From the NCBI GenBank assembly GCA_965215195.1, contig CBDCDC010000002.1:2496001-2560000 (forward strand): a DNA stretch of 64,000 nt, written 5' to 3'. Numbering within the stretch: the stretch's first letter is position 1; each line of letters starts with the position of its first letter. This document shows positions 55,539 through 64,000 of this stretch, in pieces. The translations under genes were made by a program, and so were the position numbers. A model generated the notes under the pieces. That model saw only the letters and a list, made by a program, of their open reading frames with translations, was not told the origin of the DNA and made no database searches. The DNA comes from Candidatus Latescibacterota bacterium (lineage in GTDB: Bacteria > Latescibacterota > UBA2968 > UBA8231).

Positions 55539-56648
55539 CTATTTCTGCAACAGGCTCTCTTGGTTATCCAGAGCAAAAAAGTGGGCTTTGTCGATCTCGA
55601 CGGCCAACCGTACCGTTTGGTCAACCTGCGGCATGTGCAGCGGATCGACGCGAGCGACGAAAGCGGTCTTGCCAGTGGTCAGGTTGAGGAAGACCTCGTT
55701 GCCCATCGGTTCGACCACTTCGACTTTGGCCGCAATTTCCACGGTCTCGACATTGCGGCCAATGGTATCCGGGTCGTGGATATCTTCCGGGCGGATGCCC
55801 AGCGTCACCTCCTGATCCACGTACCGGCCTAGCTGTGCGCCGTGGCCGGTGGGCAGGGCGAGTTGCACATTGCCTTCGTCGAAGACTAGGCCGCTGCCGT
55901 TGGAGGACAGTGTGCCGCGGATGAAGTTCATGGAGGGGCTGCCGATAAAGCCGGCGACGAACTGGTTGACGGGTTTGTTGTAGAGATGGAGGGGCTTGTC
56001 GATCTGCTGGATTAGGCCATCGCGCATGACCACGATGCGGTCTCCCATGGTCATGGCCTCAACTTGGTCGTGCGTCACGTACACCATGGTGGCCCCTAGG
56101 CGGGTGTGCAACTTGCTGATCTCGGTGCGCATCTGCACCCTCAGCTTGGCGTCGAGGTTAGAGAGCGGTTCGTCAAAGAGGAATACCTTGGGCTTGCGGA
56201 CGATGGCGCGCCCCACCGCCACGCGCTGACGCTGACCGCCCGAAAGCGCCTTGGGCTTGCGCTCTAGCAATTCTTGGATGCCGAGTATATCGGCCGCTTC
56301 TTGCACCCGCGCCTCAATCTCGTCTTTGGGATATTTCCGCAGCTTAAGCCCAAAGGCCATGTTTTGATAGACGCTCATGTGCGGGTAGAGCGCGTAATTC
56401 TGGAAGACCATGGCAATGTCGCGGTCCTTGGGGGGCACGTCGTTGACGACCGCCCCATCTATCGAAATCTCGCCGGCAGTGATTTCCTCAAGCCCGGCAA
56501 TCATTCGCAGCGTCGTAGACTTGCCACAGCCCGAAGGACCGACGAGCACCACGAATTCCTTGTCTTTGATCTCGATGTTGGCGTCATCTACTGCCACCAC
56601 GTCTTTGTCGTACACCTTGCGGATATTCTTCAGAATTACTTCAGCCAT
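55539..56648 (-). CDS. sugar ABC transporter ATPase (MalK/MsmX/UgpC family), orphan
   Basis: [35 protein letters not shown]-terminal TOBE domain. Confidence 0.93.
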   Translation of the reverse strand: MAEVILKNIRKVYDKDVVAVDDANIEIKDKEFVVLVGPSGCGKSTTLRMIAGLEEITAGEISIDGAVVNDVPPKDRDIAMVFQNYALYPHMSVYQNMAFGLKLRKYPKDEIEARVQEAADILGIQELLERKPKALSGGQRQRVAVGRAIVRKPKVFLFDEPLSNLDAKLRVQMRTEISKLHTRLGATMVYVTHDQVEAMTMGDRIVVMRDGLIQQIDKPLHLYNKPVNQFVAGFIGSPSMNFIRGTLSSNGSGLVFDEGNVQLALPTGHGAQLGRYVDQEVTLGIRPEDIHDPDTIGRNVETVEIAAKVEVVEPMGNEVFLNLTTGKTAFVARVDPLHMPQVDQTVRLAVEIDKAHFFALDNQESLLQK

Positions 56649-56719
56649 CGCGTCCCTCTTCTGCTGTTATGACCTTTGGCGGTTATTTGTCGAGAAAGAG
56701 CTAGAGTATAATAAATAAA

Positions 56720-57175
56720 TTACAAAATCTCTATGTCGCGTTTCATTAAAACGGCGTCGTCCGGGGGATCTGTGTAGTACGCCGTACGCCGCCCTACGGT
56801 TCGGAACCCCGCCTTGCAGTAGAGTGCCCGCGCGGGCCGATTTGTCGAGCGCACTTCGAGCGCGCAACAGCTAGCGCCCTGCTCTGCGGCCAAGCGCAAT
56901 ATCCGCCCCAACAACTGCCCAGCCCACCCCCGGTTCCGACGTGCCGGATCCACCGCGAGATTGGCTAGGTGAAAATCGCGGCCGGCAAAATAACCGAGCG
57001 CGTAGCCAATCAGTGCGCCGCTGTGCAAAAGCCCCAAACACAGGGCGTCTCTATCTGTAAGTAAGTAGCAAAAATCGGCCTCGCTCCACGGATTGGCGAA
57101 AGAGCCTCGCTCAATCTCCATCAGGCGATGTAGGTGGATTGACCCTAGCAGAACGAAGCGACTCTCGCCGCTCAT
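56720..57175 (-). CDS. rimI: ribosomal-protein-alanine N-acetyltransferase
   Basis: IE..SF.NPWS, NLAV, LEVR.TN..A..LY...GF...GRR..YY..P.DDA. Confidence 0.9.
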   Translation of the reverse strand: MSGESRFVLLGSIHLHRLMEIERGSFANPWSEADFCYLLTDRDALCLGLLHSGALIGYALGYFAGRDFHLANLAVDPARRNRGWAGQLLGRILRLAAEQGASCCALEVRSTNRPARALYCKAGFRTVGRRTAYYTDPPDDAVLMKRDIEIL

Positions 57176-57870
57176 GCCCGCGCTAGGGGACGGGCGTCGG
57201 GCGGGCGCAAATACTCGGGTTCCACTGAATCCAAGTCCGCGGTCTGGCCCTTCTCTAGCTTGGAAAGCGCCAGCCAACCAATAGCCCCGGCGTCGGGACG
57301 GGCGCAGGGCAGGGGGGCAAAGTGCGCGGCCGAGTTGTCCGCCAACAGATCGCGATAGGCCGTGGCTCCGTCTCCGGTGTAAATGGTCGGCGCACTAGTC
57401 CGCTCGCGGGCCAACTGCGCTGGCGCGATGGCCCGGGGCGCTGCCAACTCGACTGGAACGCCCGTCGCCGTGTCGTAAAGAGCGGCATAGACCTCGCGCT
57501 TGCGCGCGTCGAGGACAGTACAAACGGGCAGGCGCGCAAAGGGCAAACGGGCCGCCAGTGCTTCGAGCGTTGAAACGGTCACTAGATCCTTGACTGCGGC
57601 CAAACACAAGCCCTTAGCTGCGCTCAGCCCGATCCGCAGGCCCGTAAACGAACCCGGCCCAATCGCGATGGCTACGGCCCGCACTTCCCCGACGCCCACG
57701 CCTGCGGCCTCTAGCGCGGCCTCCACCTCGCCGAAGAGCCGCTGTGAATGCTGCAATCCCACATCGAAATAGCGGCTGACGACGATCCCTTCTGCCGCAC
57801 AGAGCGCCACGCTGCCGACCGGGGTAGCCGTATCCAACGCCAGAATCGCGTCGCGGCCGTGTGCGCTCAT
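57172..57870 (-). CDS. tsaB: t6A biosynthesis protein TsaB
   Basis: LALDTAT, GPGSFTGLRIG, DARKREVY, PEYLR. Confidence 0.93.
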   Translation of the reverse strand: MSAHGRDAILALDTATPVGSVALCAAEGIVVSRYFDVGLQHSQRLFGEVEAALEAAGVGVGEVRAVAIAIGPGSFTGLRIGLSAAKGLCLAAVKDLVTVSTLEALAARLPFARLPVCTVLDARKREVYAALYDTATGVPVELAAPRAIAPAQLARERTSAPTIYTGDGATAYRDLLADNSAAHFAPLPCARPDAGAIGWLALSKLEKGQTADLDSVEPEYLRPPDARPLARA

Positions 57871-58892
57871 AGAAGCTCCAACTGCTCGCCGGGGCTTGGC
57901 GGCGGCTCGAAGCCGAGGCGATCCCAAGCCCGCGGCATGGCCACGCGGCCCTTGGGGGTGCGCTTGATAAACCCTTCCTTGATCAAATAAGGCTCAACCA
58001 CTTCCTCGATTGTCTCGGCTTCCTCGCCGATTGTGGCCGCCAGATTGCTCAGGCCGACCGGGCCGCCGTTAAATTTTTCAACAATGGCTCGCAGCAACGT
58101 GATATCCATTTTATCAAGCCCCATCTCGTCGACATCTTGGATGACGAGTGCCTTTTGCACTACCTCGGCATCTATCTCGCCTTCGCCTTCCACTTGGGCA
58201 AAATCGCGCGCACGGCGCAGCCAGCGCTTGGCAATCCGCGCCGTGCCACGGGAGCGACGGGCAATTTCCATCGCGCCCGACTCTGAGACCGATAAATTCA
58301 GCAGGCGAGCGTCGCGCTTGACGATCTCGGCGAGTTCGGCGACCGAGTAGTAGTCGAGGTGGGCAGTAAGCCCAAAGCGAGCGCGCATCGGCGAAGTCAA
58401 CAAACCCTGGCGCGTCGTGGCCCCGACTAAGGTGAAAGGATCTAGCGGTACGCTGACCGAGCGGGCCGCTGGGCCTTGGTCGATTATGATGTCAATTTTG
58501 AAGTCCTCCATCGCCGAGTACAGGTATTCCTCGACCACGCGGTTGACGCGGTGCATCTCGTCGATGAAGAGCACGTCGCGTGGTGCCATGGTCGTGAGCA
58601 TGCCAGCCAAGTCGCCCGGACGCTCGAGCAAAGGCCCTGAAGTGGGATAGATTTCAACGCCTAGCTCTTTGGCGATCACGTGCGAAAGCGTGGTCTTGCC
58701 CAGACCGGGCGGACCGTATAGCAGCACGTGATCCATGGCTTCGCCGCGCTGCCGAGCGGCTTCAATGGCAATGCCGAGCTGTTGCTTGGTCTTCTCTTGA
58801 CCCAGCATTTCGGCAAGGGACTGAGGACGCAGCGTATTGTCGAACTGAAGGTCGTCGTCTCCGCCACTAGGGTCGATGGGTCGATGGTCCAT
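57867..58892 (-). CDS. ruvB: Holliday junction helicase RuvB
   Basis: LRPQ, GPPGLGKT, FIDEMHR, GATTR, EPYL, RTPKGR. Confidence 0.96.
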   Translation of the reverse strand: MDHRPIDPSGGDDDLQFDNTLRPQSLAEMLGQEKTKQQLGIAIEAARQRGEAMDHVLLYGPPGLGKTTLSHVIAKELGVEIYPTSGPLLERPGDLAGMLTTMAPRDVLFIDEMHRVNRVVEEYLYSAMEDFKIDIIIDQGPAARSVSVPLDPFTLVGATTRQGLLTSPMRARFGLTAHLDYYSVAELAEIVKRDARLLNLSVSESGAMEIARRSRGTARIAKRWLRRARDFAQVEGEGEIDAEVVQKALVIQDVDEMGLDKMDITLLRAIVEKFNGGPVGLSNLAATIGEEAETIEEVVEPYLIKEGFIKRTPKGRVAMPRAWDRLGFEPPPSPGEQLELL

Positions 58893-58902
58893 AGCCGGGC
58901 CT

Positions 58903-59493
58903 TCAGCGTTCCTTGAGGGCTAGTTTGATTAGCTGTGGCACGCTCAGGTCGGTGCCGTGCTTTTCGACAGCCTTGCGCACCGCCTGGCGAGCAACAGGTG
59001 CTGCGTATCCCAACGTCATCAGTGCCTTTGCCGCCTCCTCGCTCGCGCCAGCATGAGCCTCCAAGGCCGCTTCGCCAGCCGCCGGGGTACTCAAGCGGAC
59101 CTTGTCCTTTAGATCGAGCACCAAGCGTTCCGCGGTCTTGCGCCCAATGCCCTTGACCGCGGTCAGTTCGGTTACGCGCTCCTGCAAGATGGCCTCCTGC
59201 AAATCGCGCAGGGTCATGCCCGACAGCACGGTCAAGGCCGAATGAGGGCCAATGCCCGAAACGCCGATCAGCAACTCGAAGACCTCCCGCTCTTCCTCAT
59301 CGGCAAAGCCGAAAAGCTCCATGCGGTCTTCGCGCACGTAGAGATAGGTAGCCAAATGGACCGCCTCGGCGGCTGGGGGTAGTTGGTCGAAAGTTATCAG
59401 GGATATAGCCAAGCCATACCCCACGCCCCCGACGTCGACGACGGCTTGGGTAGGTGATTTGGATAGGAGTGTTCCGCGCAGGTGTGTTATCAC
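58903..59493 (-). CDS. ruvA: Holliday junction binding protein RuvA
   Basis: DVGGVGY, VRED..LFGF, VSGIGP, GIGRKTAER. Confidence 0.95.
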   Translation of the reverse strand: MITHLRGTLLSKSPTQAVVDVGGVGYGLAISLITFDQLPPAAEAVHLATYLYVREDRMELFGFADEEEREVFELLIGVSGIGPHSALTVLSGMTLRDLQEAILQERVTELTAVKGIGRKTAERLVLDLKDKVRLSTPAAGEAALEAHAGASEEAAKALMTLGYAAPVARQAVRKAVEKHGTDLSVPQLIKLALKER

Positions 59494-59501
59494 GGATATA
59501 C

Positions 59502-60041
59502 CTAACGCCGGACCATGCGGCTGAACAAGGCCTCTATCTCGGGCTTGCGCTGCCCTCGGCTCTCGCATAAAATCCGGCCGGACTGCTGGGTGTGGCATAG
59601 CGCAACGGCCAAGGCGTCTGACGCATCGAGGGGCTTGGGCCGTTCCCTCAGACCCAAGCTGCGGGCCACCATGAACTGGACCTGTTGCTTGGTCGCTTGG
59701 CCATTCCCGGTCACCGATCTTTTAATCACCGTCGGCGTATAGTGGGCAATCGGCAAGCCGGCTTTGCGCATGGCGATGATCAGGCCTCCTCTCGCTTGGC
59801 CCAGCTTGGCCACCGCTGCGGCGTCCTTGCCGAAGAACGTGGTTTCGATCGCGCCCTCGTCTGGGGAGTATTCGCCGATGAGCCGCGTCATCTCGTCGAA
59901 CATGCAAACCAGCCGATCCTCGAATTCACCTTCTCTAGGGCGGATGCAGCCGCAGGCGACATAGCGGGCCTTGCGCTTGCTATATTCGACGAATCCGTAG
60001 CCAGTGCTCGTGCTGCTAGGATCTACTCCAAGAACAAGCAA
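59502..60041 (-). CDS. ruvC: Holliday junction resolvase RuvC
   Basis: LGVDP, KLGQARG, VTGNG.A.K.QV, DASDALA. Confidence 0.95.
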   Translation of the reverse strand: MLVLGVDPSSTSTGYGFVEYSKRKARYVACGCIRPREGEFEDRLVCMFDEMTRLIGEYSPDEGAIETTFFGKDAAAVAKLGQARGGLIIAMRKAGLPIAHYTPTVIKRSVTGNGQATKQQVQFMVARSLGLRERPKPLDASDALAVALCHTQQSGRILCESRGQRKPEIEALFSRMVRR

Positions 60042-60053
60042 AGCGAAGCCCCA

Positions 60054-60812
60054 CTAGGCCTGAGCTATGAGTTTTTCGAGCTCGTCTTCTCGGAGATCGA
60101 AATTGGAAAAGACCTTCTGTACATCATCTAGATCCTCCAATGCCTCGAGGAGGCGAATAATTTTCTCGGCCTCTTCGCCTTGTACTTCGAGGACATTTTC
60201 GCTTTTGGGCATCCAAGCCAACGTCGCTTGGGCAAAGGCAATGCCGTTGTCCTCCAGTGCCTTTTTAACCGGCTCTAAGTCGGCAACCGGGGTCATTACT
60301 TCGTGGATTTGGTCGCCGTCTTGGATATCCTCGCCCCCTGCATCTACGACCGCCAATAGGAGGTCGTCTTCGGAAACATTGGTCTTTTCTACTTCGATAA
60401 CGCCCTTGTGTTCAAACATCCAAGCTACCGCCCCACTTTCTGCGAGATTGCCGTTGTACTTAGTAAATACGTGGCGGATTTCGGAAACCGCACGGTTGCG
60501 GTTGTCCGATAGGGTTTCGACTATGATGGCCACTCCACCGGGTCCATAGCCTTCAAAGAGTCCTTCCTCGTATATCGCCCCTAGCTCGTCGCCGGTGCCG
60601 CGGCGTATGGCACGCTCAATTGTTGCCGCGGGCATATTGGCCACTTTGGCATTCTGGACTGCCGTGCGCAGACTCGGGTTGGTCCCCTCATCACCTCCGC
60701 TGCGGGCGGCCACTGAAAGCTCGCGGATCAACTTCGTAAAGATCTTGCCGCGCTTGGCGTCGTTAGCGCCTTTTTTGCGCTTGATCGTACTCCATTTGGA
60801 GTGGCCGGACAT
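60054..60812 (-). CDS. yebC: YebC/PmpR family protein
   Basis: MSGHSKWSTIKRKK, EGYGPGG, DNRNR, DDVQ. Confidence 0.95.
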   Translation of the reverse strand: MSGHSKWSTIKRKKGANDAKRGKIFTKLIRELSVAARSGGDEGTNPSLRTAVQNAKVANMPAATIERAIRRGTGDELGAIYEEGLFEGYGPGGVAIIVETLSDNRNRAVSEIRHVFTKYNGNLAESGAVAWMFEHKGVIEVEKTNVSEDDLLLAVVDAGGEDIQDGDQIHEVMTPVADLEPVKKALEDNGIAFAQATLAWMPKSENVLEVQGEEAEKIIRLLEALEDLDDVQKVFSNFDLREDELEKLIAQA

Positions 60813-60930
60813 CGGCTTTATCTCCTTGCCAATCCCCGCACTCGCTCCCATTGCTCAAAGCAGAAGCATTGCTCGGGGAAAATCGGCTGTTTTCTATGAC
60901 AATATGAAGATAAAAAAACCCACGCAATCC

Positions 60931-60970
60931 AAAAAGCAAAGGGCCGCCGACCGCTTGGCCGACCGCCCTT
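60931..60970 (-). terminator. probable intrinsic terminator after the EF-G-like gene
   Basis: AAGGGCGGTCGGCC-AAGC-GGTCGGCGGCCCTT followed by TGCTTTTT. Confidence 0.55.
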
Positions 60971-60992
60971 CACAACGGGTAAAGCAAGTCGC

Positions 60993-63062
60993 TTACGCCG
61001 CTTCTCTGCCCTTGTCTTTCTGCGAATCCTCGATGATTTTAGCCATGATATCCCCGGGTACGTCCTCGTAGCGGTCGAATCTCTGCGCGTGGAATCCCTT
61101 GCCCTGCGTCATGGAGCGCAGCAATGTGGCGTAACGATCTATTTCGGCCAAGGGGGCCTCGGCGTGGATGACCTGGAAATGGCCTGATGTGTCCATACCG
61201 CTGATCCGACCCCGTCGCGAAGAGAGATCGCCCATTACGTCTCCCATAAATTCCTCGGGCACTGTAATCTCTAACTGGTAAATAGGTTCTAGCAGGATCG
61301 GTTTGGCTTTGAGGAAGGCGTCCCTGAAGGCATGGGAGCTGGCCAACTTAAAAGAAACTTCGTCCGAGTCTACCGGGTGATGCTTACCGTCGTATACAGT
61401 AACAGCCACGTCAATGACTTGGTAACCGGCCACTGGCCCCTCGCTCAGCGTCTCGACGATGCCCTTTTCCACCGCAGGGATGAAGTTGCTCGGGATATTG
61501 CCGCCGACGACCTCGTTGAGAAACTCAAAACCTTCACCGCGCCCCTTGGGAGCAATGCGCAGAAACACTTCTCCAAACTGCCCTCGTCCGCCCGACTGCT
61601 TCTTGTGCCGGTATTGCGCATCGGCATTGCCGCGGATCGTTTCTCGGTAAGGAATCCGCGGCACCTCCATATCGATCTCCACGCTAAAGCGCTCTTTAAG
61701 ACGGCTAACGATAGTCTCCAGATGCAACTCACCTTGGGTAAGCAAGATTGTTTGGCGGACTTCGCCATCGTATTTCAAGATGAAGCTCGGATCTTCCTCG
61801 TGCAATTGAGAAAGCCCGGTAGCGACGCGGTCCTCGCCGCCCTGCTCCTTGGCGTGAATCGCCACGCGAATTAGCGGCTCGGGGAATTCAATGCCCGGAA
61901 GTTGTAGCAATTGACCCTTGGCGCAAAGCGTATCGGTCGTATGCGTGTCCTTGAGCTTGACTAAGGCAACGATATCGCCAGCCTCGGCACTTTCGACCTC
62001 GGTCCGTTTGTTGCCGTTAAGGTGATAGATCTGACCAATGCGCTCGGTAGTACGATTGCTTGAGTTAGCCACTTCGTCGCCGGGCTTAATCGCTCCAGAG
62101 AAGAGGCGCAACAGAGAAAGCTCACCTACGTGCTGCTCGGCCAAGATCTTGAACACCAGAGCAGCCAAGGGCACTGTAGCGGTACCTTCAAGCTCAACTT
62201 CCTGTTCCTCGCCATCCTCGAACCTGAGTCCTGCGGCTTCGACCGGCGACGGCCCGTATTGCACCAAGGCGTCCAGCAGCCGGTCGATGCCGACATTGTT
62301 GTAGGCATCTCCGAAAAAGACCGGAAAAATTTCGCGCTGTAACACAGCCTGGCGCAGACCAGCAACCATATCCTCTGTGGTCAATTCGCCCTCGCTGAAA
62401 TACTTCTCCATCAGGTCTTCGGCGGTCTCGGCGATGGATTCTACCAGTTGCTCGCGTAACTCTTCGGCGCGGCTCTGGACCTCGTCAGGGATGTCTCCCT
62501 CAGTGGCCTTACCATCTTGGTACGCATAGGCTCTCATGGTAACCAAATCGACAATATGGTTGAATCCCTCACCTGGGTTTACTGTCATCTGTAAAGACAC
62601 GACTTGACGCCCGAAACGCTCTTGAACCATCTCTAAGATCTGGTCGGCGTCGGCATCGGCGCGATCCATCTTGTTGATGAATAGTACTCGGGGCAAATTG
62701 TAATCGGCAGCGAAATTCCAAGTCCGCTCAGTGCCGATCTCTACTCCGGCAACTGAATCGACGACAGCGACTACCGCGTCGGACACGCGCAGTGCCGCCT
62801 TGGCCTCGGAGATAAAATCTGCATAGCCCGGCGTATCAATTATGTTAAGGTGGTGACCCTGCCACTGGCCATTTAGCAAAGAAACCTTGAGCGAAATCTG
62901 GCGCTCAATCTCGGCCGAATCGTAATCCGATGTCGTCGTCCCGTCATCAATGCGTCCCAAGCGGTTTAAGACGCCCATGTTGAATAACATGGCCTCCGAT
63001 AGCGCTGTTTTACCCGCGCTGCTATGGCCACACAGAGAAAAATTCCTCGTTTGTTCGCTCAA
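60993..63062 (-). CDS. elongation factor G-like protein (EF-G2 type)
   Basis: GHSSAGKT, DTPG, NKMD, HKKQSGGRGQFG, HPVDS, LLEP; divergent switch I (RQIS instead of RGIT). Confidence 0.9.
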   Translation of the reverse strand: MSEQTRNFSLCGHSSAGKTALSEAMLFNMGVLNRLGRIDDGTTTSDYDSAEIERQISLKVSLLNGQWQGHHLNIIDTPGYADFISEAKAALRVSDAVVAVVDSVAGVEIGTERTWNFAADYNLPRVLFINKMDRADADADQILEMVQERFGRQVVSLQMTVNPGEGFNHIVDLVTMRAYAYQDGKATEGDIPDEVQSRAEELREQLVESIAETAEDLMEKYFSEGELTTEDMVAGLRQAVLQREIFPVFFGDAYNNVGIDRLLDALVQYGPSPVEAAGLRFEDGEEQEVELEGTATVPLAALVFKILAEQHVGELSLLRLFSGAIKPGDEVANSSNRTTERIGQIYHLNGNKRTEVESAEAGDIVALVKLKDTHTTDTLCAKGQLLQLPGIEFPEPLIRVAIHAKEQGGEDRVATGLSQLHEEDPSFILKYDGEVRQTILLTQGELHLETIVSRLKERFSVEIDMEVPRIPYRETIRGNADAQYRHKKQSGGRGQFGEVFLRIAPKGRGEGFEFLNEVVGGNIPSNFIPAVEKGIVETLSEGPVAGYQVIDVAVTVYDGKHHPVDSDEVSFKLASSHAFRDAFLKAKPILLEPIYQLEITVPEEFMGDVMGDLSSRRGRISGMDTSGHFQVIHAEAPLAEIDRYATLLRSMTQGKGFHAQRFDRYEDVPGDIMAKIIEDSQKDKGREAA

Positions 63063-63141
63063 TTTGACCCCTCCTGAATTTAAGAGAAGTGCTTAATTAA
63101 TTGGCCTACATTGGCGTTGTCAAGGTATTTTCATAAGACAT

Positions 63142-63172
63142 AAAAAAAGCCCACCCCTAAAGGGATGGGCTT
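63142..63172 (-). terminator. rRNA operon intrinsic terminator
   Basis: AAGCCCATCCC-TTTA-GGGGTGGGCTTTTTTT immediately after 5S. Confidence 0.85.
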
Positions 63173-63179
63173 CAAAAAA

Positions 63180-63296
63180 TCCGGCGGCGTCCTACTCTCC
63201 CACTAGGCGACCCCAGCAGTACCATCGGCGCAAGAGGGCTTAACGGCTCTGTTCGGAATGGGAAGAGGTGTTTCCCCTCCGCTATAACCACCGGAA
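63180..63296 (-). rRNA. rrf: 5S rRNA
   Basis: CCCATTCCGAAC..GTTAAG..GCCGATGGTAC..GGGAGAGTAGG with paired ends. Confidence 0.96.
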
Positions 63297-63376
63297 AACT
63301 CAAATCCTCTTCAACAACCGAATACAGGCCCACACCAAAAGCGATGCAAAACTCCAGTATTGCTGCGACAATAAAT

Positions 63377-64000
<624 letters not shown>

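Overview
GC-rich bacterial chromosomal window. Gene content (tandem PhyH dioxygenases, DUF6785 membrane protein, CRTAC1/FG-GAP, TPR and FlgD-Ig proteins, sulfatase) suggests an FCB-related candidate lineage such as Latescibacterota; this is inference only. Left (1-14 kb): catabolic enzymes, a direct-repeat-flanked toxin-antitoxin module with a frameshifted PIN toxin, an ABC-ATPase/DUF4276 pair, mutY with an intact Nudix box, and a UGA-containing ArsC-like selenoprotein (UxxC plus SECIS-like hairpin) that the ORF track truncates. Centre (14.4-38.6 kb): the best candidate for an undescribed system, a co-oriented envelope locus. It encodes a large TPR protein, a membrane-anchored DUF4159 protein, a lipoprotein with a TonB-C/AgmX-like domain, two paralogous discoidin proteins with T9SS-like C-terminal domains, three paralogous ~900-aa exported beta-rich proteins sharing an Asp-rich Ca-binding-like block, a further FlgD-Ig protein, and a CRTAC1-like gene that apparently starts at CTG. 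Right: catabolic genes including two PhyH-family enzymes with HxG instead of HxD, a housekeeping run (ilvE, rsmA, holB, orphan sugar-ABC ATPase, rimI, tsaB, ruvBAC, yebC, EF-G-like), 5S rRNA and the 3' end of 23S rRNA. All family calls come from motif recognition by eye; no searches were run.
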